DNA of 62,331 nucleotides, counting the filler. It is 5 parts of 5 records of this genome, joined end to end, with 100 filler letters (N's around TTAATTAATTAA, not from the genome) between each part and the next. Parts side by side here need not be neighbours in the genome. Positions count along the whole stretch, not along the records: positions 1 to 16,206 come from SRR20825010_6187; positions 16,307 to 27,033 come from SRR20825010_6189; 3 more parts are not named here. One strand, written 5' to 3'. Positions 9,552 to 20,638 of this stretch are shown one piece after another. Numbering within the stretch: the stretch's first letter is position 1; each line of letters begins with the position of its first letter. The notes under the pieces are model-generated. The model saw only the letters and a program-made list of their open reading frames with translations. It was not told the DNA's origin and searched no databases. The translations under genes and the position numbers were made by a program.

Positions 9552-11729
9552 TTACTTAACAGCTACTTTTTCTGAAAGAAATATTTTATTTGAAGCACTC
9601 CCTATCTGAACTTCAATAGTATCTTTTTCTAAAATAAAATCTTGCTTTTCTTTATTCCAATACTTCATATCTTTCGGATTTAATAGCAAGCTCACAGTTT
9701 TAGTTTCTCCTGCTTTAATGTGAATTCGTTTAAAGCTTTTTAGTTCTTTAATGGGTCTCTCTACAGTCGAGTTTATGTGTTTAACATAAAGCTGAACAAC
9801 CTCATCTCCATCCACTTCTCCTGCATTTGTAATATTTACCTTTACTGATACTTCCTCATTTTCTTTAATTTGCTTCGGAATTTCCATATCCTTATATTTA
9901 AAAGTAGTATAGCTTAATCCGTGTCCGAAAGCATATAAAGGTTTTCCTTTAAAATACATATAAGTACGACCATTACGGATGTTATAATCCATTAAAGGCG
10001 GTAAATCACTAATATCTTTAACCCAAGTTTGTGTAAGTCTCCCCGCAGGGTTGTATGCTCCAAAAAGCACATTTGCAATAGCTGTTCCTAATTCTTGACT
10101 ATTTTGGGTTACATGGAAAATAGCAGGAATATTTTCTTGAGTCCAATTGATTGTATAAGGAAAACTGCTAATCAATCCTACAACCGTATTAGGATTAGCC
10201 TTGTAAACTAATTTTACTAAATCTTCATATTCCGAATTTAATGCCTGTCTATCTACAGCTTCTTTTCCATTACTTGGCACGGGACATTGCGCCCAACCAG
10301 CATTACAAGTAGGATGATTTCCTATAAAAACAATGGCTACATCTGCATTTTTAGCTATTTCTACAGCTTTACCATCAGCATTATTTTTTGCAAACAGTAC
10401 TTCAATATTTTCCCCTACTTTATTTTTTATTCCTTGTAAAGGAGAAATTGTATATGGCGGAGTCCCACTATACCAGTCTAACAAAACAGCATCTGCATAT
10501 TCTCCAATAATAGCAATCTTTTTTACTTTCTTTTTTTGAAGAGGCAGCAATTTCTTAGCTGGATCATTTTTAAGTAATACAATCGATTTCTCGGTTGCTT
10601 CTAAAGCTAGTTTTTTATGAGCCTCCAATTCCCATGGATCCATACTATCTGCTTCTGCACCAATTTTAGCATACGGATTGTTAGCAGAAGAATCAAGCAT
10701 TCCTAGTTTTATCATGACCCGATAATTCCCTCTTAAAACTTCATCTAAATCGGCTTCCGTTAAATATCCGTTAGCTAAAGCTCCGTAAACCCCTTCTGTA
10801 AAATCGTCTAAAAACTGATTAATTCCTGCTTTTATAGTAGCTGCAGCCCCTAAATATTTATCTTTATAATACTTATGATCGGACAATAATAGTTTATATG
10901 CACCTCCATCTGTGCAAATAATTCCATTTTGTCCCCACTCATCTACAGTAATATCTTTTAGCATTGGATGCACCATTGCAGGAATCCCATTTACTTTATT
11001 ATACGCTGCCATATATGCGCGAGATCCACCTTCTACTACTCCCATTTTAAAAGGCAAGGCATAATATTCTCTCCATAACCTTTCGTCAAAATCTGAGGAA
11101 GTATACGTCCGTCCATCCTCATTACTATTCGCCAAAAAGTGCTTCATCAAAGAAGCTGTTTGCCAATATGTTTTATCAGAACCTTGTAATCCTTTTACAA
11201 AAGCTACTGTCATTTTTCCATTAAAAAAGGCATCTTCTCCATAGCTTTCTTCGGTACGCCCCCAACGTGGATCGCGAGCCAAATCTGCATTAGGAGCTCT
11301 AATCACGAGTCCACCTCTCCCATATTTTTGTAAGGCATATCGGGCTTCATAACCTTCTATCTTTGCAATTTCTTTTAGTAATTCTGTATCCCAAGTTTCT
11401 CCTAAACCATATGCTTGTGGAAAGGTAGTTGTAGGCAAAGGTTCTTTTCCTTTTCCACCCCATCCTGCTGGGCCTCCTAGAGCTAAGCCATGTAATCCTT
11501 CAACATGCCCTGTCCCTTTTACCCCTAACCTAGGAACTTCTGGATTGGTGCTTAAAGCATTTACTTTTTCATCTATTGTCATTAAAGACAATAAGTTATC
11601 AACCCGTTTCTCTGTAGCTATTTTAGGGTTTTGAAACGGGTAGTCATAAGACTTTTGAGCTTGTAATAAAGATACTACAAGCCCAAAAGTTATATATAAA
11701 AAAATATTTTTGAAAGGTTTCTTTTCCAT
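9552..11729 (-). CDS. GH3 beta-glucosidase/beta-xylosidase with C-terminal Fn3-like domain
   Basis: RDPRWGRTEESYGED, KHFLAN, ICTDGG, FGHGLSYT, EVVQLYV. Confidence 0.92.
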   Translation of the reverse strand: MEKKPFKNIFLYITFGLVVSLLQAQKSYDYPFQNPKIATEKRVDNLLSLMTIDEKVNALSTNPEVPRLGVKGTGHVEGLHGLALGGPAGWGGKGKEPLPTTTFPQAYGLGETWDTELLKEIAKIEGYEARYALQKYGRGGLVIRAPNADLARDPRWGRTEESYGEDAFFNGKMTVAFVKGLQGSDKTYWQTASLMKHFLANSNEDGRTYTSSDFDERLWREYYALPFKMGVVEGGSRAYMAAYNKVNGIPAMVHPMLKDITVDEWGQNGIICTDGGAYKLLLSDHKYYKDKYLGAAATIKAGINQFLDDFTEGVYGALANGYLTEADLDEVLRGNYRVMIKLGMLDSSANNPYAKIGAEADSMDPWELEAHKKLALEATEKSIVLLKNDPAKKLLPLQKKKVKKIAIIGEYADAVLLDWYSGTPPYTISPLQGIKNKVGENIEVLFAKNNADGKAVEIAKNADVAIVFIGNHPTCNAGWAQCPVPSNGKEAVDRQALNSEYEDLVKLVYKANPNTVVGLISSFPYTINWTQENIPAIFHVTQNSQELGTAIANVLFGAYNPAGRLTQTWVKDISDLPPLMDYNIRNGRTYMYFKGKPLYAFGHGLSYTTFKYKDMEIPKQIKENEEVSVKVNITNAGEVDGDEVVQLYVKHINSTVERPIKELKSFKRIHIKAGETKTVSLLLNPKDMKYWNKEKQDFILEKDTIEVQIGSASNKIFLSEKVAVK

Positions 11730-11738
11730 ATCAAATGG

Positions 11739-13745
11739 CTAATCTATTTTTTTAAATCTAATAGCAACACCTCCACTAGCTCCAAGATGTAAGTTTAACG
11801 AATCTGAAGCTTTTACTTCTTTAGTAGATATAGCTACTGAAGAAGGATTGTGAGTTTCATCTGTTCCTTCTGCATCAGCATATATTTTTGCTTCATAAGT
11901 AGCTCCTTCCTCTAAAAAGGATAATGAAATTTCAAAATCTCTAGCCTTTTCATTGGTCATACTCCCTAGGTACCAATCATCACTAGCAATATCCTTACGA
12001 ACGGTTGTAATATATTCTCCTACTTCTCCATTCAATACTTTAGTATCTTCCCAATTGGTAGGAACATCATGTAAAAACTCAAATGCTGGTTGCCCTTCAT
12101 AATTTTCTGGTAGATCTGCCAACATTTGGATTGGAGAAAATACGGTTACTAATAAAGCTAATTGTTTGGCTGCTGTGCTGTGCACACGTCTGCCTGGATA
12201 TCCTTGTTTAACCTCAACATCTAAAATTCCAGCAGTGAAATCCATAGGCCCTGAAAGAAATCTTGTAAAAGGTAAAATTGTAGTATAATTAGGAGGATTC
12301 CCATCACTCCAAGCGTTATATTCTTGTCCTCTTGCACCCTCCCTAGCCATCATGTTTGGGTAAGTCCTACGCTCTCCAGTGTCTTTTATTGGCTCATGAA
12401 ACAATACTGTTAAATGGTATTCTGCAGCTTTTTTAAGTACATATCTAAAGTAATTCACCCCAAACTGACCATGATGCCATTCTTTCATTTTAAGTAGTGA
12501 ACCTACATGACCAATCTTAACATCGTGTATTCCAACCTTATTGTACAACGCAAATGCGCTATCTATTTGCTTTAAATAGTTATCTATATTGGAACCCGTT
12601 TCATGGTATCCAATAATTCTAACATTGTGCCTTTTGGCATAATCGGTAACTTCTTCTAAATCAAAATTATCGGCTTCTTTGGTAAAACTAAACTGATGCA
12701 TTGCATTTTTATACCAATCTGGAGTCCATCCTTTATTCCAACCTTCAATTAAAAGATGATCTATATCAACTTTTTCAGCAAAATCTATATACTCTTTTGC
12801 ATGTTTAGTGGTAGCTCCTTGTTTTTCACCTTCCCAAAAGGTATATTTTCCAATGTGCATTGCCCACCAAATTCCTAAATATTTAAAAGGCTTAATCCAA
12901 CTTGTATCCTCTATTTTATTAGGTTCATTCAAGTTTAAAATTAAATATGAAGTAATTAAATCGGTTGGTTTTTCTCCTATTTGAATAGTTCTCCAAGGTG
13001 TTTTAAACGATTCTGTAGTTCGAACTTTTACTCCATCTGCCCAAGGCACTAAATCGGTTTTTAAAGTTGTTCCCTCGGTATGCGCTAATGTTGTACTTGC
13101 AAAATCTACCAAATTTGCCTCATGAAAACTCAATGACAATCCACTTTTACTCTCAATAGTTAACGGTGTATGCACTGTATCCAACGTACTTACAGGGTCG
13201 TTATTGAATAAATATTCATAACGCTGTTCCCCATAAGCTGGAATCCACCATGCTTTCCCGTCGTCTTTCAAGTTAAATGTTGTTAACTCGTCCATAATGA
13301 AAATGCTGTCTTTAATTCCTTGCTCAGGAAAAACATATCGAAAAGCAACTCCATCATCAAAAGCTCTAAATTCAATATTTAACTTACGCTTAGCTTCATC
13401 TTTTTCCTGCAATTCAACAACCAATTCGTTATAATTATTACGAATTTCTTTTTTCTCTCCCCAAACCTGTTCCCAAGTATCATCAAAGGTGCGTTCTTTA
13501 ATACCAGCTATTTCAAAATTAGTATTCAACGAATCTGCATTTTTAAAAACAAATCCCAATTTCGAAGGATTTAAAACTGTTTTTTCTCCATGTGTAACGC
13601 TATAACTTGGCGCTCCATTTTCTAGAGAAAAAGAAATCTTGTTTACCCCTTCTGGAGAAGCTACTTCAAATTGTGTAGGCTGCTCTTTCTGGCAAGCTAT
13701 AGTAACAAGAGCTACCGCCGATGCTATAAAAAATTTAGTTTTCAT
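11739..13745 (-). CDS. GH97 glycoside hydrolase (SusB-like alpha-glucosidase), lipoprotein
   Basis: GIWWAMH, LIEGWN, YHETG, REGARGQE, GPMDFTAG. Confidence 0.92.
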   Translation of the reverse strand: MKTKFFIASAVALVTIACQKEQPTQFEVASPEGVNKISFSLENGAPSYSVTHGEKTVLNPSKLGFVFKNADSLNTNFEIAGIKERTFDDTWEQVWGEKKEIRNNYNELVVELQEKDEAKRKLNIEFRAFDDGVAFRYVFPEQGIKDSIFIMDELTTFNLKDDGKAWWIPAYGEQRYEYLFNNDPVSTLDTVHTPLTIESKSGLSLSFHEANLVDFASTTLAHTEGTTLKTDLVPWADGVKVRTTESFKTPWRTIQIGEKPTDLITSYLILNLNEPNKIEDTSWIKPFKYLGIWWAMHIGKYTFWEGEKQGATTKHAKEYIDFAEKVDIDHLLIEGWNKGWTPDWYKNAMHQFSFTKEADNFDLEEVTDYAKRHNVRIIGYHETGSNIDNYLKQIDSAFALYNKVGIHDVKIGHVGSLLKMKEWHHGQFGVNYFRYVLKKAAEYHLTVLFHEPIKDTGERRTYPNMMAREGARGQEYNAWSDGNPPNYTTILPFTRFLSGPMDFTAGILDVEVKQGYPGRRVHSTAAKQLALLVTVFSPIQMLADLPENYEGQPAFEFLHDVPTNWEDTKVLNGEVGEYITTVRKDIASDDWYLGSMTNEKARDFEISLSFLEEGATYEAKIYADAEGTDETHNPSSVAISTKEVKASDSLNLHLGASGGVAIRFKKID

Positions 13746-13754
13746 ATATTTCTT

Positions 13755-16148
13755 TTATTTTATAATACTGAAAGATGTTTTCCCTTGAAGTGGATTATTT
13801 TTCAGTTTAAAATTATTCCCTTCTTTAGTTACTTCTATGGTTTCTATTTTTTCTCCCTTCGGAAGATAAACAAGGCCTTTTGCTGTTGTAGTTTCAGAAG
13901 AAGCAAATACTTTTAGTTTTAAATTACTCCAATCCATATCTTTTGTAGACTGTGCTAAATCGATATGTGGAATTACAGTTCCGTTTTTAACTAATGCTAT
14001 TATTGGAATATCTCCTGCTTCTATATGGTGCCATCCCCCCTCATATGCTTTTCCTGTTTGGTAATCTACCCAAGTTCCTTTTGGCAAGTATACATCTCTA
14101 GACGTTCCATTTTCAAAAAGAGGAGCTACCAACATACTCGAACCAAATAAGTATTCGTTATCTACCAACCAAGAACCAGCATCTTCTGGGAATTCTACAA
14201 ATAAAGCACGCATCATTGGCAGTCCTTTTTCTGAACTCTCCTTTGCTTGTGCATAGATATACGGCATTAATTTATAACGCATATTATCAGCTTTTCTAAA
14301 AGCTTCTAAAAAACTTTTGTTGTATAACCAAGGTTCTGTTGGTGGTTCTCCGTGACTTCTAACATGAGATGATAACATTCCAAATGGTGTCCATCTACGG
14401 TATAAATCTTCTGGAGATTTTGTTACAAATCCTCCCACATCATGACTCCAAAAGCTAAAACCACTCAACCCTAAAGAAAGTCCGCCACGTAAGGTTGCCG
14501 ACATTGCCGTATTGGTAGTAGCTGCATCTCCTCCCCAATGTAATGGGTAGCGCTGACTTCCAGCCCATGTACTTCTAGCCCAAATAAGGGTATATCCTTT
14601 TTCTTTTTTAGTAATTTCTGCTACTGCTTTATTATATCGAAGTGGGTATAAGTTATGTTCGTAAAAACCTGTTCTTCCAGAATGGTATATTCCGTTGGCA
14701 GGAGCTGCCTCTCCAAAATCTACTTTAAAAACACTTACCCCTAAATCAAACAAATGTTTTAGTTTGTTTTGGTACCAAGTTACGGTTGCTGGATTGGAAA
14801 AATCTAACACAGCATCTTCATAAGGAATGTTGCCTTTTCTGTCTTTTACAGCTAGGTCGTTTTCAACAATTTCATTAAATAAAGTGTTTTTAGGAGTAAA
14901 ATAAGGCAATTGCCATAGGCAAACTTCAAAACCTTCATCCTTTAAATCTGAGAGCATTTTTTTTGGATCGTCAAATCTATCTCCTGCAAATTCATAATTA
15001 TTACGCCAATCAACATCAAACCATCCTGTGTCAAAATGAATTACATCACTAGGTATTTTATTTTTTCGTAATTCTTTAGCCACATTTCTTCCTTCTTTTT
15101 CTGAAAAATATGTAATCCTACTCATCCAAAACCCGAAAGACCAAAGTGGAGGCATTTCCGACTTCCCTGTAAGATTAGTGTATTCATCTAAAATATCTTT
15201 TGGCTCTCCTAAAAAGATAAAAATATCAGCTTCATCATCTCCTATCATCATTTCATTAGCGCCACTAAAATACTTCCCAAAATCCACAGTAATTGGTGTA
15301 GAATGATGCATAAACACACCATACCCTCTACTACTCATATAGAAAGGAATTGGTTTATACATGGTCTCATTCTGAACTCCATTGGCATCATCTGTATATA
15401 AAACCACCTTTTGTCCTCGTTTATTAAATTGCGTAAAAGATTCCCCACAACCAAATATTTTTTCATCTGGTTGCAGTGTAAATGCCGCTGAAAAACTTCT
15501 GGAATAATCACTATTTTTTCGAACATAAGAAAAAGGTAAAACAGGAGTGTACGTATTAGCTACATCATTAGTATGTAATGTACTTGTAAGTAGTTTCCCG
15601 TTTTTATCAAATATTTTTACATGCCACGGATTGGTCTGAATTTCTACAGTTCCGTGCGCACTTGTATACTTATGTCCTTCTTTTATTTTACTATACTTCC
15701 ATTGATCTGGATTTTGTGGAGCTACCCCATCTACCAACATCAAAGATTCCTTTTCTGGATTAAATTGTGGCCCTGATGTCATTTTAATTCTAACAGTTCT
15801 ATCAGAAATAAACTGAATTTCAAAAGGTAAATTTGGCGACACCTCATACTCTGTTGCAGGAAACTCATTTGCTGGAACCGTATCTGGTTTCATCAGCATA
15901 TTATTAAAAGCCTGTCTGCTTTGATATTGATATCTTTTATATTCCACTTTTCCTTTTCCAGTTTTTGGATCAAAATCTGCTAATTTATCAGCAAAATAAA
16001 AAGTGTTTTGGTAGTCGTAAAAATATTCACTTACATCCACAGGTGCATTTAAAACATCTGCATTTTGTATCTGAGCTTTCCCTTGTTTTATTATCAATAA
16101 CAGAAATAAAGCTCCTATTGAATATTTAATTAAGTTTCGTTTTTTCAT
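13755..16148 (-). CDS. GH31 alpha-xylosidase (YicI-like)
   Basis: PPLWSFGFWMS, FKVDFGE nucleophile motif, HWGGD, WSHDVGGF. Confidence 0.9.
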   Translation of the reverse strand: MKKRNLIKYSIGALFLLLIIKQGKAQIQNADVLNAPVDVSEYFYDYQNTFYFADKLADFDPKTGKGKVEYKRYQYQSRQAFNNMLMKPDTVPANEFPATEYEVSPNLPFEIQFISDRTVRIKMTSGPQFNPEKESLMLVDGVAPQNPDQWKYSKIKEGHKYTSAHGTVEIQTNPWHVKIFDKNGKLLTSTLHTNDVANTYTPVLPFSYVRKNSDYSRSFSAAFTLQPDEKIFGCGESFTQFNKRGQKVVLYTDDANGVQNETMYKPIPFYMSSRGYGVFMHHSTPITVDFGKYFSGANEMMIGDDEADIFIFLGEPKDILDEYTNLTGKSEMPPLWSFGFWMSRITYFSEKEGRNVAKELRKNKIPSDVIHFDTGWFDVDWRNNYEFAGDRFDDPKKMLSDLKDEGFEVCLWQLPYFTPKNTLFNEIVENDLAVKDRKGNIPYEDAVLDFSNPATVTWYQNKLKHLFDLGVSVFKVDFGEAAPANGIYHSGRTGFYEHNLYPLRYNKAVAEITKKEKGYTLIWARSTWAGSQRYPLHWGGDAATTNTAMSATLRGGLSLGLSGFSFWSHDVGGFVTKSPEDLYRRWTPFGMLSSHVRSHGEPPTEPWLYNKSFLEAFRKADNMRYKLMPYIYAQAKESSEKGLPMMRALFVEFPEDAGSWLVDNEYLFGSSMLVAPLFENGTSRDVYLPKGTWVDYQTGKAYEGGWHHIEAGDIPIIALVKNGTVIPHIDLAQSTKDMDWSNLKLKVFASSETTTAKGLVYLPKGEKIETIEVTKEGNNFKLKNNPLQGKTSFSIIK

Positions 16149-16206
16149 TTTTTTATCGTTTTCAAACTAATTTTTCTATTTTTTATCATTAATGTCCGAG
16201 TAAAAA

Positions 16207-16306
16207 NNNNNNNNNNNNNNNNNNNNNNNNNNNNNNNNNNNNNNNNNNNNTTAATTAATTAANNNNNNNNNNNNNNNNNNNNNNNNNNNNNNNNNNNNNN
16301 NNNNNN
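16207..16306. other. Artificial contig spacer
   Basis: N44-TTAATTAATTAA-N44 (stops in all six frames); composition changes abruptly across it. Confidence 0.98.
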
Positions 16307-16308
16307 AG

Positions 16309-18102
16309 GTTCATGAACTTCGAAGCCATTGCCGCCAACTCAAAGCAGCGCAGCGCCTGTACATTCATTTAATTGATTTGCCCCTGGACATGGCATTGCC
16401 CGAAAACATCTGGGTGGGCTACGAACTCAGTTTCCAGTGCAATGGGCAAGACGAATGGACATCTGTTGTGCAAGAAGCACCACATTTGCTCTACCCGGGT
16501 AAAAACACGTTGGGCTTTGTGTTGAAGAACAGGCTTGATCATGTGCTGCATGGTTCCTGCCGCAAACCGCACTTTGCCCGCAAAGAAGACAGCCGCCCAG
16601 GCGATGGCCTGGCCCGTGCCGACCAGCTGTTACTTGAAAACGCCGACAAACCCACCGAATGGCCAGCACTGTTGGTCATGGGGGGCGATCAAATTTACAC
16701 CGACGACGTGGCTGGCCCCATGTTGGTTGCCATTCACAAGCTGATTGAGCAACTTAACGCACCGGCAGAACCCCTGCCGGGAACCACGCTAAGCGACAGT
16801 GCAGTGCTGCATCAACAGCAACCCCATTACTACACCCGCCATGAATTGCTGCCCAAAACCAAAGCCAGCAATGACCTTCGCACCGTGCTGTTCACCGGCG
16901 TCAAGAAACCCGTGTTCACCACCGACAATGCGCGCAATCACCTGATATCCCTTGCCGAAATAATGGCAATGTACCTGCTGGCCTGGTCGCCAATTCCTTG
17001 GCGTTACACCAGCATGCAACTGCCCAACACCATACCCACGGAATTCGCGGATCGATATGACACCCAACTGGACGCGATAGAAGAATTTGTGGCTGAACTG
17101 GACTGCGTACACAGGCTGATGGCCCACCTGCCCGTGGCGATGATCTTCGATGACCATGACATTACCGACGACTGGAACCTGAGTGCCGAGTGGGAAGACA
17201 TTGCATATGGCGAACCCTTTTCACGGCGCATCATCGGCAATGCACTGGTGGCGTACCTGGTGTGTCAGGGCTGGGGCAATGCACCGGAAAATTTCTCTGA
17301 AGAAATGATGCAACGCTGCGACGAAGCCCTGCAACTGCCGGGTGAAGAAACGCACGAAAACCTGATCACGGAATTGATCACATTTCGCAACTGGCAGTTC
17401 ACCTGGAACACGCAACCGCCATTGATGGTCATTGACACCCGCACCAACCGGTGGCGTTCTGAATCAAACCCGGCCCACCCATCCGGCTTGATGGACTGGG
17501 AAGCACTGTCGGACCTGCAACAACGGCTATTGGGCCACGATGCGGTGGTTTTGGTATCGGCGGCACCCATGTTTGGCGTAAAACTGATCGAAGGCATTCA
17601 AAAAACATTCACCTGGTTTGGCAAACCCTTGATGGTGGACGCCGAAAACTGGATGGCTCACCGTGGTGCGGCCAACACCCTGCTGAATTTGTTCCGGCAT
17701 GGAAAAACACCAAAGAACTTCGTCATTCTGTCTGGCGATGTTCACTATTCCTTTGCCTACGAAGTGGAGCTGCGCGGCAAGAAAAACAGCCCGAACATCT
17801 GGCAAATCACCAGCAGCGGTCTTCGCAACGAGTTTCCTCAAAAGTTACTGGATATACTTGATCGGGCAAATCGCTGGCTGTACGCGCCTTGGTCGCCCCT
17901 GAACTGGTTCACCAAACGCCGAAAAATGCGTATAGTTCCGCGAAAGCCTGACCACGGAGGCCGCGGCGAACGCTTGGTCAATGCGAGCGGCATCGGCTTG
18001 TTGAGCCTGACCCCCGAGGGGGTTCCTTTGAGAATCGCTCAACTGATTGCAGATGGCGATGTGGTTCAATTTCATCAAAGAATAGACGAAGAAGCGCACT
18101 AA
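16309..18102 (+). CDS. Alkaline phosphatase D (PhoD)-like metallophosphatase, 5' truncated
   Basis: HGSCRKPH, GGDQIYTDD, MIFDDHDITDDWN, LSGDVHYSF; frame open back to the contig edge. Confidence 0.85.
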   Translation, partial: VHELRSHCRQLKAAQRLYIHLIDLPLDMALPENIWVGYELSFQCNGQDEWTSVVQEAPHLLYPGKNTLGFVLKNRLDHVLHGSCRKPHFARKEDSRPGDGLARADQLLLENADKPTEWPALLVMGGDQIYTDDVAGPMLVAIHKLIEQLNAPAEPLPGTTLSDSAVLHQQQPHYYTRHELLPKTKASNDLRTVLFTGVKKPVFTTDNARNHLISLAEIMAMYLLAWSPIPWRYTSMQLPNTIPTEFADRYDTQLDAIEEFVAELDCVHRLMAHLPVAMIFDDHDITDDWNLSAEWEDIAYGEPFSRRIIGNALVAYLVCQGWGNAPENFSEEMMQRCDEALQLPGEETHENLITELITFRNWQFTWNTQPPLMVIDTRTNRWRSESNPAHPSGLMDWEALSDLQQRLLGHDAVVLVSAAPMFGVKLIEGIQKTFTWFGKPLMVDAENWMAHRGAANTLLNLFRHGKTPKNFVILSGDVHYSFAYEVELRGKKNSPNIWQITSSGLRNEFPQKLLDILDRANRWLYAPWSPLNWFTKRRKMRIVPRKPDHGGRGERLVNASGIGLLSLTPEGVPLRIAQLIADGDVVQFHQRIDEEAH

Positions 18103-18107
18103 AAATA

Positions 18108-19010
18108 ATGAATCAAGCCAGCGTGCTGCGGTTGTTGTTGCTGTCCATGATTTGGGGCTCCTCATTCGTTTTCTACAAAATCGCATCCGCTGAAATGGCA
18201 GCTACCCTGATGGCTGCCTTGCGTGTGGCTTTCGGTGCACTTTTCCTGGGTGTTTTGTTCGCAATACTCAACAAGAAAACCCAGGTGGCCAAGCGCTGGA
18301 AACTGATTGCGGCAATCTCCGTATTTGCATCAGCTCTGCCCTTCACGTTGGTGGCCTACGCGTCGCAAACTGTCACTGCATCTATACTTGTTATTGTCAA
18401 CGCCACAGCACCCATCTGGGCCGCCTTGGTGGCCCTGATCTGGACACGCACCCTGCCCTCCCCAATGGCCTTGCTGGGCCTGGTACTGGGTTTGTTGGGC
18501 GTGGCAATTATTGTGGGGCTGGACACCACCACCCTGAACACCGAGGGTACAGGCCTTGGCATTGCAGCGGCACTGGGCGCAGCCGCCTGTTATGGCATTG
18601 CCACCAACATGGCCAAGTACCTGGGCAGCGACATTGACCCCCTGACCAACGCATTTGGCTGCCTGCTCATGGGTTCAATCATTTTGCTGCCGTTTGTACC
18701 GCTGAACCTGCCCGATCAAATGCCGGGTCTGAACAGCTGGCTGGCCATTCTGGGCGTGGGGGTGCTGTGCAGCGGCGTGGCCTATCTTCTTTATTTCAGG
18801 TTGGTCATGGACATTGGCCCGACATCGGCATTGACAGTCACCTTTCTGACACCGGTTTTCGGTGTACTGTGGGGTCACCTTTTTCTCAATGAAATTGTCG
18901 GCCTGCACACATTGGCTGGCGGCTTGGTGGTACTGGCAGGTACTGCCTTGGCGGCAATGTATGGCCTGCAAAAACCGGAAGCGGTTACGCAGGTGGCTGC
19001 GCTCGACTAA
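18108..19010 (+). CDS. DMT/EamA family transporter
   Basis: IWGSSF start, about 10 hydrophobic segments, 'GPTSALTVTFLTPVFGVLWG'. Confidence 0.9.
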   Translation: MNQASVLRLLLLSMIWGSSFVFYKIASAEMAATLMAALRVAFGALFLGVLFAILNKKTQVAKRWKLIAAISVFASALPFTLVAYASQTVTASILVIVNATAPIWAALVALIWTRTLPSPMALLGLVLGLLGVAIIVGLDTTTLNTEGTGLGIAAALGAAACYGIATNMAKYLGSDIDPLTNAFGCLLMGSIILLPFVPLNLPDQMPGLNSWLAILGVGVLCSGVAYLLYFRLVMDIGPTSALTVTFLTPVFGVLWGHLFLNEIVGLHTLAGGLVVLAGTALAAMYGLQKPEAVTQVAALD

Positions 19011-20638
19011 CGGGTCAACACCACGCTTTGGCAGTCCATTGAATCCACATTCACAGTGACTGTATTCAAATTCACACCCAACACCTGCAACAAACCATCG
19101 AGAATGTCACCAATTGCGGTCAAGACCGGGCGCAAGGCAGGCTCAAGCACCACCAGAAGGGTATCCACCAAACCATTGACAACCCCGGTGATCAAGGGCC
19201 CAAGCAATGGCAAATCCACCTGCAGGTCCAGATCGGTATTGCCCAGCAAATTGCCCAAGGTTTGCCCCACGCTCAAACCCACTGTCTGGCTAAAAGGCGC
19301 AGCCCCATCAAACCCTTGGCGAACCGGATCAGAACGCAAACTGGTTTGCGCCGCCAAAGTGACCCCGGCATCCACCACACCCAGAAAGTTCACATCAAGA
19401 ATGTTGGCAGGGGAACCACATTCCAGCGAACCAGTTGTGGTGTGCAAATTACTGGCACTGTCGGACACGCACACTTCTGCAACCGCCGGCACCACTGTCA
19501 TCACCATGTTGTTGCTGGCACGGGGGTATCGGCAACTCAGCTCATTCACATCAGCAATGCCACCTGCCACACGCAGCTGCAAGCCCAGGTCAAGGGCACT
19601 AATGGTCACAGTCGGGATATTGATATTCAAGGGCTGACGCACCCGCACATCCAGTGCCACCTGCGCTGTTCGTGCTGTGGCAATGGGGTCTTTGTATGGT
19701 GTTTTGCGCCCCACAAACACTTGTGGAGCCTGCAGAATGTTTACTTCCACATCCAGGTTCAACAGCCCTGAACTGATCGGCAAAACATAGCCCACACCCT
19801 CGACAGAATTCAACACAGTGGCATGCGCCAACTGCCCAAAATTGACGTCCAGTGTGGTGTTGGTTCGACCTGAAAGATCAAGGGCCAGCACGTCACCCAC
19901 GCTGACGTTCACGCTGTTCAAAGGCCCGCTCAATGCGCTCAACACACCTTCCACTTCCATTTGATCCGCTTCGTCGGCGTTGCCCACCAGCAGCGCATCT
20001 TCGAGCAAACCAAGTGCAGAAATATTCAGGCTCAGTAAATCATTGACATTGGCCACACCCAGTTGCGTGCTCAATTTTAGCAAATCCACACGAATGTCAC
20101 TGCCCAACAAACTACCCCATTGGGCCACAGTCAAATTCACGGACCCACCACCCAGTTCGGTCAGCAAACCATTGAGCAAAGCCGACTGATTGGTATCAAC
20201 ACTGAGCAAACCCGACGACACGGAACCAACCACTGTCGGGGCCACGGTGGCCTCGGCCAACACGGTCACTTCCCGATTGGGTAAAAACGCAAGCAGGGAA
20301 GTCACCGGGCGGACAATGGTGACCCGACTGGTAATTGAATTGGCACAATCCGCAGACGGTGCGTTGTCAATGATGCATTGAATCGACATGTCGTCGTTTT
20401 CCGCGATGCCGTTTTCCTGCGCAATGGCAATGGCCTCAAGAAATTCCGGACCATTGGCCATTTGCCGTGCCGCGGTCAAAGCCACCAGATCCGCAATGCC
20501 TTGCAGGCGCGCCTTTTCCCATGCCGTATGGCCCACCGCCAACACGCCCATGGCACCCAAACTCATCATGATCACGAACACGGAAAGAATGGTGTAGGCG
20601 CCCCGCTGGTTACGAAAAACAGTTTGCTTAACCATCAT
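19007..20638 (-). CDS. TadG-like Flp pilus-associated protein
   Basis: Likely start MMVKQ overlapping the tadE stop; pilin-like 'QRGA' then TM helix, 'LQGIADLVALTAAR'; Leu/Gly-rich C-terminal region. Confidence 0.75.
   Translation of the reverse strand: MMVKQTVFRNQRGAYTILSVFVIMMSLGAMGVLAVGHTAWEKARLQGIADLVALTAARQMANGPEFLEAIAIAQENGIAENDDMSIQCIIDNAPSADCANSITSRVTIVRPVTSLLAFLPNREVTVLAEATVAPTVVGSVSSGLLSVDTNQSALLNGLLTELGGGSVNLTVAQWGSLLGSDIRVDLLKLSTQLGVANVNDLLSLNISALGLLEDALLVGNADEADQMEVEGVLSALSGPLNSVNVSVGDVLALDLSGRTNTTLDVNFGQLAHATVLNSVEGVGYVLPISSGLLNLDVEVNILQAPQVFVGRKTPYKDPIATARTAQVALDVRVRQPLNINIPTVTISALDLGLQLRVAGGIADVNELSCRYPRASNNMVMTVVPAVAEVCVSDSASNLHTTTGSLECGSPANILDVNFLGVVDAGVTLAAQTSLRSDPVRQGFDGAAPFSQTVGLSVGQTLGNLLGNTDLDLQVDLPLLGPLITGVVNGLVDTLLVVLEPALRPVLTAIGDILDGLLQVLGVNLNTVTVNVDSMDCQSVVLTR

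Noticed and set aside
16251-16262. TTAATTAATTAA palindrome recurring four times
   Set aside because: Centre of the artificial N-spacers, not biological
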